From an uncultured delta proteobacterium (GTDB taxonomy: Bacteria; Myxococcota; Kuafuiibacteriia; Kuafuiibacteriales; Kuafuiibacteriaceae): a stretch of DNA of 64,000 bases. The stretch's first letter is position 1. The number at the start of each line of letters is the position of its first letter. Of the stretch, positions 10,638-19,801 are shown piece after piece. The notes below the pieces were generated by a model. The model was not told the origin of the DNA, did not search any database, and worked only from the letters and a program-made list of their open reading frames with translations. The translations under genes were made by a program, and so were the position numbers. Where the stretch lies: positions 384,001 to 448,000 of the forward strand of contig CAWDML010000008.1 of assembly GCA_963803435.1 (NCBI GenBank). The letters are read 5' to 3'.

Positions 10638-12311
10638 TCAGCGTCCGACCGTGATCACGAACGCGTCCTGGGACCCCGCACTGGTGAGCACAGTCGTACC
10701 GAAGTCTACCGTGCCACCGAAGTGACCACCGGCGACCACCGTTCCAGCGACGTCGAGGCCGACCGCCAGGATCACGTCGAGGTCGCGCCCGCCCAGGCGC
10801 CGGGACCAGATGTGCCGCCCGTCCGCGTCCAGCTTCACCAGGACGGCGTCCCAGCCGCCGGCGCTCGCCAGCGGATCAGCGCCGAACGCCACCACGCCGT
10901 TGAATCCGCCGCCCAGCACCAGGTCACCGAGCGAATCCGCGCGGACGTCGAAGAAGGCGTCCGGTCCCGGGCCGCCGAAGGTCTGAGCCCAGAGGAGCTC
11001 GCCGTCGCTCGAGAGCTTGGCGACGAACGCGTCGAGGTCTCCGGCAGACCGCCGAATCTGATCGCCGAGATCGAGGTCGCCGTAGAAGCCGCCCGCGATC
11101 ACCAGGTTGCCGTCGGGATCGAACGCGCCATCGATGAAGGGCTCGCTGTCAGCGTCGACCCCGAACCCTTTCGACCAGATCGCCTCGCCTGCGTCGTCGA
11201 ACGTCGCGACGAAGAGACCGTAGGCCGCGGTGCTCGTGATCGGCGCACCACCGAATGAGAGCGACTGCTGGAATACACCGAAAATCGCGATCCGATCTCC
11301 TCGGGGGCTTCGGTCGATGTCGAGGACGCGATCGTCGCCGGTGCCGCCGAATACCTCGACGTGATCGGCCGCGCCCCCCACGTCGTAGTGGATCAGGTAG
11401 GCGTCGGCGCCGCCGACGTGTCCTCGCGTGATCCCGCCTGCGGTCATCGGTCCGAGGGCCCAGCCGGCGACCCAGGCTCCACCGGTGTCGTCGAACACGG
11501 CGCACTCGGCGGTGTCGGTCGCGGTCGAGCCGAAGTCGGGCGCAAGCTCGCGGGTGCCCGCCGGGTCGAGCCGTGCCAGGAGGGGGTCGGCGCCGCCGAA
11601 GCCGGCGTGCGATTCTCCGAACAGATCCGCGGGCCCGAAGTACCAGCCCGCGACCAGGACGTCGGTGTCGATCGAGGTGGCGACGGCACGGACCGAGTCG
11701 TCGTCGGCGCCACCGTAGGTCGAGATCCAATCGACCTGAGCGCCGCCCTGGGAGAGCTTGGCGATGAAGCCGTCGGAGCCGCCGTGCGAGGTGACCGACG
11801 CGGTCCCGAACCGCGCCGTCGAGCCGAAGCTTCCGGCGATGATCGGATGCCCGGCGAGGTCGACGCCGACCGCAGCGATCCGATCGTCTGCAGTACCACC
11901 GTAGCGCGCGACCAACGGGTGCTCGACCTCGACGCCGAAGACGGCGGTCACCGTCCGTGCGTCGCTCATGCTGAGGGCGCACTCGGCGCGGCCCGTGCAC
12001 GCGCCCCGCCATCCCGCAAAGCCGGAGCCGGCGGTCGCGTGCGCCGTCAAGGTGACGTTCAGATCCGCGGCGAAGTCGACGTCGCAGGAGGCCTCGCAGA
12101 AGAGACCGGCTGGCGAGGAGGTGACGATGCCGGCGCCGGGACCCTCCGCGATCAGCGAGAGCGTCGCGGTCCGCTCGATCGATTCGGCGCAGACTCCCTC
12201 GTTGCAGAACAGCTCCGCGGGGCAGGGTCGGTCCGGCGAGCACAGCTTGCCGATGAGTGTCGGCTCGACTCCGCACGAGGCGGCGACGAGCATCGCCCAG
12301 GCCACGCGCAT
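10638..12311 (-). CDS. Lipoprotein with InlB-B-like repeat and SBBP-type beta-propeller repeats
   Basis: Lipobox AASC, GSGFAGWRGAC and repeated DAFVAKLxxDGxxxWxxxFGG. Confidence 0.7.
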   Translation of the reverse strand: MRVAWAMLVAASCGVEPTLIGKLCSPDRPCPAELFCNEGVCAESIERTATLSLIAEGPGAGIVTSSPAGLFCEASCDVDFAADLNVTLTAHATAGSGFAGWRGACTGRAECALSMSDARTVTAVFGVEVEHPLVARYGGTADDRIAAVGVDLAGHPIIAGSFGSTARFGTASVTSHGGSDGFIAKLSQGGAQVDWISTYGGADDDSVRAVATSIDTDVLVAGWYFGPADLFGESHAGFGGADPLLARLDPAGTRELAPDFGSTATDTAECAVFDDTGGAWVAGWALGPMTAGGITRGHVGGADAYLIHYDVGGAADHVEVFGGTGDDRVLDIDRSPRGDRIAIFGVFQQSLSFGGAPITSTAAYGLFVATFDDAGEAIWSKGFGVDADSEPFIDGAFDPDGNLVIAGGFYGDLDLGDQIRRSAGDLDAFVAKLSSDGELLWAQTFGGPGPDAFFDVRADSLGDLVLGGGFNGVVAFGADPLASAGGWDAVLVKLDADGRHIWSRRLGGRDLDVILAVGLDVAGTVVAGGHFGGTVDFGTTVLTSAGSQDAFVITVGR

Positions 12312-12344
12312 GAGAGCCGAACGTAGCGCAGTCCCGCGGGTGTG

Positions 12345-14318
12345 TCAGCTCGGCTCGCTGTCCACAGTCAGGAGCGAGGCGCGGTCGAAGAGCAGCAACA
12401 CGCCGGCCGTCGTCATGGGGTCGAGGCCTGGGAGCATCGGCATCGGACCGAGCACCACGCCGTCGTCCAGGGCCCGGATCGCCTCCACCACCGGGGGAGG
12501 CAGCCCATAGACGTTGCGCTCCTCGTCGTACGGCTCGCGCAGTCGCACTCGGCGGTGGCGGAGGCGCTCCACCACTCGACTCTTCCGGTCGAGGTCCGCG
12601 GAGACGACCATCCCGTATGCGACGATCGGTCGGAGATCGACGACGATGGGGAAGAATCGCTGGCTCTGATCGATCCCCTGGCGAATGCGGACCGGGGCGT
12701 TCCTCCGCTCGAACAGGTGGTAGAGCCGCCGGCGCGCCTGCTCGGCGTGTGCGCGCTCCAGGCCGGGCTCGTCGATCAGGCCGCGCTGGATCAGGTAGCG
12801 ACCGAGGAGCGCGGCGTCGAGGTCCTTGAGGCCGCGCGGGATCGATTCGATCGCGCCCGGGCTGACCGCCTTGAGATCGATCAACGCGTTTCCGAGCAGC
12901 TGAGCGTCGAGCCGGCGGTTGGAGCTGACGCCCGCCACCGCGCCGGTGCGAAAGTAGATGCGATCGATCTCCGGAGAGGCGCCCAGATCCAGGCAGCCGG
13001 TGAAGTGACACTCGTGCAACAGCATGAGCGTCTCCTCCAGGGGCATCTGATCGAGCGAGAAGGTGAGCTCGTCACTCCGGCCGAGCTTCTTGATGGCGTC
13101 CTGGTACCACGCGTATGCGGTGACGACCGGCATGGGAGCCAAGGGTGCGGTACCGGGCTCGGTCTCCGTGTCGAATCGCTCGAGCGGGATCCGGATCGCG
13201 ACCTCCTCCGTCTCGGAGAGATCGTCCGAGGTCCGCAGGTCGGGCTCGGTCTTGTCGAGCAACCACACCGAGTCGGGCCGCGAATGGGCCTCGCTCACCA
13301 CGCGATCGAATCGGTCCTCGATCGTGTCCTCGAAGAAGTTGCGGTGATCGGCCCTCAGGCTCTGCGCTGCCCGAAGCAGCCAGCGCGTCTCGCGCTCCTC
13401 CTTGGAGAAGAGCCCGCGGACGAACGCACCCAGCTCCTCGTCGCTGGGGAGCTCCTCCCAGCAGGCGGTCAGCGCGGCCCGGAACTCGCGCGCCGTCTGG
13501 AAGCGCTCCTCGGGGCTCTTGGCGAGCGCGCGCTCGAGCACCCACTCGAGCGCGTCGGGCAGTCCGGGCTTGAGCGACTTCAGGCGGGGCGGTCGGTCGC
13601 GCACGATGCTCCGGATGGTCTCGCTGGCCGACGCGGGCGCCAGCAGCGGCCGCTCAGTGAGGAGCTCATAGAGGATGACGCCGACCGAGTAGAGATCGCT
13701 GCGGCTGTCGACGTCGAGCGTGAGCGCCTGCTCCGGCGCCATGTAGCTCAGGGTCCCCAGGAGCACGCCCGGACCGGTGCGGAAGTCGTCGTCCTCGATG
13801 TTGGCGCGCGCCAGGCCGAAGTCGATGATCTTCACCCCGCCTTCGTACGCCACCATGATGTTTCGCGGCGTCAGGTCGCGATGCACCAGGCCCATGTGCT
13901 CGCCGTCGCCCTCCACGATTGCGTGCGCGTGATCGAGACCGCCGAGCACACCCGCGATGATCGCGATGGCGATGCTCGGCGGAATCGGGCACTTCTCCTC
14001 GCGCAGGGAGGCCGTGATGTCCTCGACCGTCTGCCCGGCGATGAACTCCATCGCGATGTAGAAGCGGCTGCCTTGGAACCCCGAGTCGAGCACCTTGGCG
14101 ATGCTGGGGTGGCTGAGCTTGGAGGCGATCACCGCCTCGCGCTGGAAACGGATCGAGGCCGTCGCGTGCTCTTCCAGCTCGAGGTGGAGCTGCTTGAGGA
14201 CGCACATCTCGTCGGCGTCGTCCCGCTGAGCAAGGAACACGCGCGCCATCCCGCCCTCGGCCAGGGTTCCGAGGAGCGTGTAGCGTCCGATACGGCCGAA
14301 AGTGCGGTTCGGCAGCAC
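12345..14318 (-). CDS. Ser/Thr protein kinase with C-terminal DUF4388-like domain
   Basis: AEGGMARVF, LKQL, HRDLTPRN, DFG, YMAPEQ and DLYSVG. C-terminal FTGCLDL...IYFRTG...LLGNALI. Confidence 0.9.
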   Translation of the reverse strand: MLPNRTFGRIGRYTLLGTLAEGGMARVFLAQRDDADEMCVLKQLHLELEEHATASIRFQREAVIASKLSHPSIAKVLDSGFQGSRFYIAMEFIAGQTVEDITASLREEKCPIPPSIAIAIIAGVLGGLDHAHAIVEGDGEHMGLVHRDLTPRNIMVAYEGGVKIIDFGLARANIEDDDFRTGPGVLLGTLSYMAPEQALTLDVDSRSDLYSVGVILYELLTERPLLAPASASETIRSIVRDRPPRLKSLKPGLPDALEWVLERALAKSPEERFQTAREFRAALTACWEELPSDEELGAFVRGLFSKEERETRWLLRAAQSLRADHRNFFEDTIEDRFDRVVSEAHSRPDSVWLLDKTEPDLRTSDDLSETEEVAIRIPLERFDTETEPGTAPLAPMPVVTAYAWYQDAIKKLGRSDELTFSLDQMPLEETLMLLHECHFTGCLDLGASPEIDRIYFRTGAVAGVSSNRRLDAQLLGNALIDLKAVSPGAIESIPRGLKDLDAALLGRYLIQRGLIDEPGLERAHAEQARRRLYHLFERRNAPVRIRQGIDQSQRFFPIVVDLRPIVAYGMVVSADLDRKSRVVERLRHRRVRLREPYDEERNVYGLPPPVVEAIRALDDGVVLGPMPMLPGLDPMTTAGVLLLFDRASLLTVDSEPS

Positions 14319-14379
14319 GAGGATTTTGGAAGATATCCGGCTTGTGCGCCTGCGATAAGACCCGTGGTATCACCTTTCG

Positions 14380-15033
14380 ATGCGATGGCAGCGCGCATGG
14401 CCCCACGTGCGGGCGGCGCTGGTGCTCGTCCACGGGGCGGCGGTGCTGGCGCTGGCCGTCCCCAGTCTCTCCGCGGGAACGGATCGATCGAGCTGGGCCG
14501 ATCCGACGGTCCAGGGCGAGCTTCACGCCTGGGGGGAGCGTCTCGGAATCCCTCCGCGCGAGCTGGAGGAGACGGCGTGGCAGTTTGCCCAACGGTGGAT
14601 CCGCCTTCATGCGGTGCTGGTGGCGCCTTTCGTGCCCTACCGAACCTATGTGGGCGTCAGGCAGCCGTGGGTCATGTTCGTGGCGCCTCAGCGCTACCCG
14701 GTCCGGATCGAGATCGACCTGCTCGAGGCGGGGCAGTGGCGGACGATCTATCGCGAGCGCTCGGACACCTACGCCTGGAAGCGGCGGCTCTTCGATCATG
14801 ATCGCTTGCGCGCGGTCTTCTTCCGCTTCGGCTGGGACAAGTACGGCTACACCTGGCGCGACTTTGCCGACTGGGTCGCGGTCGAGGCCGGGCGCGACTT
14901 CCCCGGCGCGACGGCGGTGCGGCTCCGCATGCTCCGCTTTCGGACGCTCTCGCCCGACGAGGTGAAGGCCGGTCAGACACCCGAGGGCCGCTGGGAGAAG
15001 GAGCTCGTGCGCGAGCTGCGAGCTCGGCCGTGA
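14380..15033 (+). CDS. Membrane-anchored hypothetical protein, partner of the HTTM protein
   Basis: N-terminal TM, VRQPWVMFVAP motif, 4-nt overlap with the next gene. Confidence 0.6.
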   Translation: MRWQRAWPHVRAALVLVHGAAVLALAVPSLSAGTDRSSWADPTVQGELHAWGERLGIPPRELEETAWQFAQRWIRLHAVLVAPFVPYRTYVGVRQPWVMFVAPQRYPVRIEIDLLEAGQWRTIYRERSDTYAWKRRLFDHDRLRAVFFRFGWDKYGYTWRDFADWVAVEAGRDFPGATAVRLRMLRFRTLSPDEVKAGQTPEGRWEKELVRELRARP

Positions 15034-15929
15034 CCATCTTCGCGCGCGTGTGGCGCGGGTGGGTCGAGTTGCTCTCCCGGCGCGAGACCGGAGAGAGCCT
15101 GGCGCTGTTCCGCATCCTCACCGGAGTGGGCGTGCTCTGGAACGTCTCGAGCGCCCTCGTCGACGGTGTGGTACCGGTGATCTGGCTCGACGCGCACGAC
15201 GGCGGGTACCGACACCTCGAACCCGGAACGCAGTGGCTGCTCGATCGGCTGGGTGGCCCCACGCCCGGGGTCGTGTGGTCGCTCGTGATCGCGGCGCTCG
15301 TGCTCGGCGCGCTCCTGGTGATCGGCCTGGGCGGACGCGCCACCGCGCTCGCGGCCGCACAGGTGATGTTCGCGATCTCGATGATCAACGCCCATGCGAA
15401 GGGGAGCTACGACGCGCTCCAAGGCGACGCGCTCTGGCTCCTGGTCCTGGGCGACTCGACCGCCACCTGGTCTGTCGACGCACGCCTCCGCCATGGCGCA
15501 TGGCGGACGGACCGCACGGTGGCCGCCTTCCCGCGCTACCTCGCGATCTTCCAGCTGGTGGTGGTCTACTTCGTCAACGCGATCCAGAAGGTCTCGGCGT
15601 CCTGGACCTTCGCCGGCGGATTCTCGGCGCTCTATTACATCCTCCAGCAGCCGACCTGGCACCGCTTCGACATGACCTGGGCGGCTACCGTCTATCCGCT
15701 GACGCAGGTCGGTACGTTCGTGACCTGGGCCTTCGAGCTGGGCTCGCCGCTCCTCCTGGTCGCGTACTACCTGCGGAGCCGAGGTCGCCTCCGCTTCGAC
15801 TTCCGGATCGTCTTCGTCGGGGTGGGGCTCATGCTCCACCTCGGGATCCTCGCGCTGCTCGACGTGGGGCCGTTCTCGATGATCGTGCTCGCGTTCTATC
15901 CCTGCCTGTTCGCGCCTAGGAGCGTGTAG
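15030..15929 (+). CDS. HTTM-domain membrane protein
   Basis: LALFRI, FQLVVVYFVNAIQK, TWAFEL and LHLGI...GPFS; multiple TM helices. Confidence 0.8.
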   Translation: MTIFARVWRGWVELLSRRETGESLALFRILTGVGVLWNVSSALVDGVVPVIWLDAHDGGYRHLEPGTQWLLDRLGGPTPGVVWSLVIAALVLGALLVIGLGGRATALAAAQVMFAISMINAHAKGSYDALQGDALWLLVLGDSTATWSVDARLRHGAWRTDRTVAAFPRYLAIFQLVVVYFVNAIQKVSASWTFAGGFSALYYILQQPTWHRFDMTWAATVYPLTQVGTFVTWAFELGSPLLLVAYYLRSRGRLRFDFRIVFVGVGLMLHLGILALLDVGPFSMIVLAFYPCLFAPRSV

Positions 15930-15949
15930 CGCGTAAGCGCTCACGCGAG

Positions 15950-15984
15950 CCCGGTCCGGGTCCCGGTCCCGGTCCGGGTCCCGA
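15950..15984 (+). repeat. 6-bp tandem repeat (CCGGTC/CGGGTC units)
   Basis: cccggtccgggtcccggtcccggtccgggtcccga. Confidence 0.7.
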
Positions 15985-16005
15985 TCTGAAGATGGCTGCC
16001 TTGAG

Positions 16006-16990
16006 TCAGACGCTCGCGACGGTCGCGAGCTTCGATCGGTAGAGCTTGAGCAGGTTGTGGGTGAGGCAGACGAGCGTCCACTCGGCTCGTACCTTGAAGA
16101 AGGAGCGGAGCGAGAACCGGCGGAATCCTCGTGCCCCTTTGATCTGTCCGAGCGCCGGTTCGACGATACTCTTCCTGCGGGCGTAGACCGCCTTGCCGTC
16201 GCGCGTTTGCAACTTGTCTCGCATTCGCTTGGACGAGGTGTTGCTGATCAGGTGCCTGGTTGCTGACCCCTTCGGCGACACTCACCTGAGCGTGCTCATC
16301 TACGACAACTTGGGCATTGTAGGCCTGGAGGTACGCTCCATCCTTCAACATGATCCTGCTGTCTGAGTCGGTGAAGTTCCTCTGAGCGTTGGCCTCGGTG
16401 TGCCGTCCACATTTGCAGGAACGCGATGATGCGGCCATCCATCATTTCGTTCAGTTGGGTCTGGGGATGGTTCGAGCTGGTCAGCCTGCGCTCTTGCCTT
16501 CTCGGCTCGAGTTCTCGCTCGCTTCTGCTCCACCCGATCCACAAGAGCATCATCCGCTTTGCTCGGCTGCTCTTCGGCTTGCCTGCGCAATTTCTCCGCG
16601 CGAGCCCTGGCGGCATCCTGTTCCAGCGCAGCCTTCGCTTCTCGAATGCGGGCAAGGCGGGATTCACGGCGAGCGAGCTCCGCTGGGATGTCCTCTTCAG
16701 TCTCTTCAACGCCCAGCCGCTCGTCTTCCTCTTGGTCGATCGTGCGCGCTCGCTCCAGCAGCTCTTCGATCTCGAGAGACAGCCGCTTCTCCTCCTCGGC
16801 CATCCGCTCGTAGGTCATCGCCTTGTGCTTGCTCGCGTTCGCCTGCACCTTCGAGCCATCGAGTGCGACGTGTCCGAGCCGCACCAAACCTGCTTTCTGG
16901 CAAAGCTTCAGGACTTCGAGGAAGAGCGCTTTCAGTGCCTCCAGGTGGACGAGCCGAAACTCGTTGATCGTCGTGAAGTGGGGATGACTT
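16006..16990 (-). pseudogene. Fragmented IS1182-family transposase
   Basis: LDGSKVQANASKHKAM, RNFTDSDSRIM...QAYNAQ and YARRKSIVEPALGQIKGARGFRRFSLR lie in three different frames; 5' end and an internal part are missing. Confidence 0.85.
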
Positions 16991-17003
16991 TCTCCAAGCT
17001 TGC

Positions 17004-17171
17004 ATGGTCACTTTCGATCGCGAGAAGCTCGAGGTCTACCAGCTCGCCGTCGAGTATGCCGACATCGCTGAAGAGATCGCACAAGAACTGCAACCCGGTC
17101 ACGCTCACGTCCACGATCAGCTTCGGCGGGCATCCGATTCCATCGTGAACACCGGACCGGGCTCGCGGTAG
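17004..17171 (+). pseudogene. Truncated four-helix-bundle (23S rRNA IVP-like) protein
   Basis: Manual translation MVTFDREKLEVYQLAVEY...HDQLRRASDSIV runs into the right inverted repeat. Confidence 0.7.
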
Positions 17172-17190
17172 CGCTACGCGCTACACGCTC

Positions 17191-17427
17191 CTAGGGCTGC
17201 TCCCGCCGCTTCCGCGCCATCTCCCGCTGCATCCGGCGCAGGATGAGGTCGACCTCGAGCGCAGCCTTTCGCGCCTCGAGGACCTTGGCCAGATGGGCTG
17301 CGTTCGCCGCCTGCACGTCTGCGCCGCAGAAGTGGCAGAGCTCGGTGTCGGGGTACACGAACTGGTGGCAGCCCCGGCAGAGCTCGAGCTTCGGCGGGGT
17401 GCGGACGCCCCCTCTTCGCATCGTCAT
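17191..17427 (-). CDS. Small Zn-ribbon protein translationally coupled to the radical SAM gene
   Basis: CRGC...CHFC plus a helical tail; ATGA overlap at 17424-17427. Confidence 0.65.
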   Translation of the reverse strand: MTMRRGGVRTPPKLELCRGCHQFVYPDTELCHFCGADVQAANAAHLAKVLEARKAALEVDLILRRMQREMARKRREQP

Positions 17428-18647
17428 GGCGACACCAGGATGGGGAGCGCCCGCCGCTTCTTGGGGACCACCGCGTCGATCGGCTCGACCACGATCTCGA
17501 ACTTCCCGTGATCGAACGGGAGACCCGGCGCCGCGCCGATCTTGACCACGCGCTCGCGCAGGCCGTCCTTCTTCAGCTCGAGCGCGCGGTGGTGGCAGTA
17601 CGGATTGTTACCGGCCTTGCCGAACATGACCGTGCTGGTCCACGTGCACCCCGAGCGGCACACGTCCGCGTAGTAGCAGCTCTTGCAGAACCCCCAGAGA
17701 TCCTCGGTGGTCCGCTCCCGCGTGAACGCGAGCTCCGGGGTGGTGTTCCAGATGTCCTCGATCGTCATGTCGCGGACGTTGCCGCCGGTATACCCGTTGG
17801 AGGGGAGCGACGGGCAGCCCTTGATCTTGCCGTCCGCCTCGATCCCGAGTGTGTTCTGTCCGGCGTTGCAGCCGTTCCAGTGCACCGTCTCGCGGCCGTT
17901 GCCGCGCCACAGGTGCTCGTACGGTCCGAAGTAGCCGATGTTGTTCCCGGGGCGCAGCGTGAAGCCGTGCCGCTGTCCTTCGAGGTACAGCTCCGCCAGC
18001 AGGGGATAGAGCTCGAGGAGCTGGTAGGGCTGCAGCAGGAGCTCGTCGTTGTCGGCGGCGTTTCCCATGGCGACGGTGAGCTGGATCTGCCAGTTCTTCG
18101 CGCCCGCATCGATGAAGTCGTGCATCATGCTCCGGAGGTGAGGCATCACCTCCGCGCCGATCTGCGTGTTCACGCTTCCGCGGATGCCGTGCTTTCCCAG
18201 CGTGCGGAGCGCCTCCATGGCGGCGTCCCAGGAGCCCTCTACGCCGCGGATCCGATCGTGGAGCTCGCGCGGTCCGTCGATCGAGACGCCGCACCCGTCG
18301 AGGCCGGCTTCTTTCGCGGCGATGATCTTCTTCTCGTCGAGGCTGCGTCCGCCCGACTGCATCGTCGGCAGCATCCCGTGGTCCCGGATCGCTCGGATGA
18401 TCTCGAGCCAATCCTTCCGCATGTACGCCTCGCCGCCGATGATCGTCACCTCGCGAACGCCGAGCCGCGCCAGCTGGGCGACCACATCGAGGCACTCCTC
18501 CGTGCTCAGCTCGTCGGGACGCCGCTTGCCGGCGCGCGACCCGCAGTGGTTGCACTTGAGATCGCAGGCGAGCGTGATCTCCCAGACCGCGTGCACCGGC
18601 TTGCCGGCGTCGCGATCATCGGGGGACAGATATCGATCTCGGCTCAC
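17424..18647 (-). CDS. Radical SAM/SPASM maturase, Y_X(10)_GDL-associated / PlpX-splicease-like family
   Basis: VWEITLACDLKCNHCGSRAG, WQIQLTVAMGNA, PGNNIGYFGPYE, GCNAG, KGCPSL, CKSCYYADVCRSGC and NNPYCHHRAL. Confidence 0.85.
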   Translation of the reverse strand: MSRDRYLSPDDRDAGKPVHAVWEITLACDLKCNHCGSRAGKRRPDELSTEECLDVVAQLARLGVREVTIIGGEAYMRKDWLEIIRAIRDHGMLPTMQSGGRSLDEKKIIAAKEAGLDGCGVSIDGPRELHDRIRGVEGSWDAAMEALRTLGKHGIRGSVNTQIGAEVMPHLRSMMHDFIDAGAKNWQIQLTVAMGNAADNDELLLQPYQLLELYPLLAELYLEGQRHGFTLRPGNNIGYFGPYEHLWRGNGRETVHWNGCNAGQNTLGIEADGKIKGCPSLPSNGYTGGNVRDMTIEDIWNTTPELAFTRERTTEDLWGFCKSCYYADVCRSGCTWTSTVMFGKAGNNPYCHHRALELKKDGLRERVVKIGAAPGLPFDHGKFEIVVEPIDAVVPKKRRALPILVSP

Positions 18648-18673
18648 GACGAGACTCCTTCTCGTGAACGGTC

Positions 18674-18709
18674 GAGGCCCGCCCCGCTCCCTCGAGCAGG
18701 GCGGGCTTC
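18674..18709 (-). terminator. GC-rich hairpin between the putative substrate gene and the rSAM gene
   Basis: gaggcccgccc...gggcgggcttc stem; no clear U-tract, so possibly an attenuator or stabiliser. Confidence 0.55.
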
Positions 18710-18721
18710 GGTCAGGTCAGG

Positions 18722-19801
18722 TCACGACCTCAGCTCGGCGATGCGAGCGCGCAGGCGCCCGAGCGCGTCGCCCAGGTCGTCCACGTGCTGGGCGCGGGCC
18801 GCGCGCGTCATCCCGGCGGCCGCCAGGCTGGCGGTGATCGCACCGTTCGAGGACGGCGCGCTCGACACCACCGGTCCGTTGCGGACGAAGGCCACCGACA
18901 GCTCGCTGTGGGCGGCCTCGCCGGCGCGAAGCATCGCCTCGAGCTCGCGAACGTTGCCGCTGCGGGCCGGGTCGTTGAGCGTGGTGTCGATCGCGACGGC
19001 GTAGAGCGCCACGATCGGGTGCTCCTCCTTGTACGCGTTGATCGCCTTGCTCCAGTCGAGGTCCGGCGCGTAGTGGCCGAGCTGCTCCTGGAACTTCTTG
19101 GCGGCCGCCTCGGTCAGCACCAGATCGCCGTACGGGCTGGCGGCGGTGTCGTAGAGCAGCTCGACGACCTCCTTCGCCTTCTCCCACTTGTCGCCGACCT
19201 CGAACCCGAGACGATCGATGAAGCTCTGCGCCTCGTTCGCGCCGAACTTCGTCAGCAGGCCGAACGGGCCCCGCTGCGTGTCGTTCGCGGGATCGTTCAC
19301 CGAGTTCTTCATGACCTGGAAGATCTCTTCCGCGGGCCGGTTGTGGCGGCGGCTGTCGCCGAGGTTCTTGACGCCGTCCTGGAGCGTCGCGACGCCGACC
19401 TCGAGGGCCTGCAGGAGCGTGGTGAGCTTCTCGGCCTCCTCACCGCTCATGTTGCCGTCGGCGCGGAACCGGTCCAGCGACTTGGCGAAGTTGCGATAGT
19501 CGGTCTGGAGGCGGGTGGCGCAGGTGAGCAGCCACTTCTCGGCGCCGTCCTTCGGCTTGGCGGCCGTCGGGTCGGCGTCGAGCGCCCACGGGAACGTGCG
19601 GCCGTTCATGAACGCGATCTCTCGCGCCATGGCGTTGCGCATGTTCTCGCCGCCGCGCTTGAAGCTCTCCGCGAAGTACTTGAAGGTGTCGGCGGCCTCC
19701 TGCGGGATCTGCGGCTGGTCGGCGGCGTTGCTCACGGCCCTCTCGAGGCCGTCGAGCTGCCAGCGGACGGATTGTAGTGGGTTCGGCATGATGCTGGTCA
19801 T
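18722..19801 (-). CDS. Helical protein with C-terminal DUF1843-like domain (putative rSAM substrate)
   Basis: PIVALYAVAI...SGNVRELEAML...LGDALGRLRARIAEL resembles the DUF1843 YGVAI..GDL..LxxEIA pattern. Also carries an internal PYGDL. Confidence 0.6.
   Translation of the reverse strand: MTSIMPNPLQSVRWQLDGLERAVSNAADQPQIPQEAADTFKYFAESFKRGGENMRNAMAREIAFMNGRTFPWALDADPTAAKPKDGAEKWLLTCATRLQTDYRNFAKSLDRFRADGNMSGEEAEKLTTLLQALEVGVATLQDGVKNLGDSRRHNRPAEEIFQVMKNSVNDPANDTQRGPFGLLTKFGANEAQSFIDRLGFEVGDKWEKAKEVVELLYDTAASPYGDLVLTEAAAKKFQEQLGHYAPDLDWSKAINAYKEEHPIVALYAVAIDTTLNDPARSGNVRELEAMLRAGEAAHSELSVAFVRNGPVVSSAPSSNGAITASLAAAGMTRAARAQHVDDLGDALGRLRARIAELRS

Larger units (their letters stand above)
15915..17195. 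mobile_element. About 1.28 kb element bounded by about 45-bp imperfect inverted repeats, each with CCTAGG at its outer end
   Basis: Left: cctaggagcgtgtagcgcgtaagcgctcacgcgagcccggtccgg (15915-15959). Reverse complement of the right end 17152-17195: cctaggagcgtgtagcgcgtagcgctaccgcgagcccggtccgg. Confidence 0.75.

Noticed and set aside
17004-17171. Diversity-generating retroelement (Avd-like four-helix bundle)
   Set aside because: No reverse transcriptase and no TR/VR pair with adenine-specific mismatches were found; the gene is truncated.
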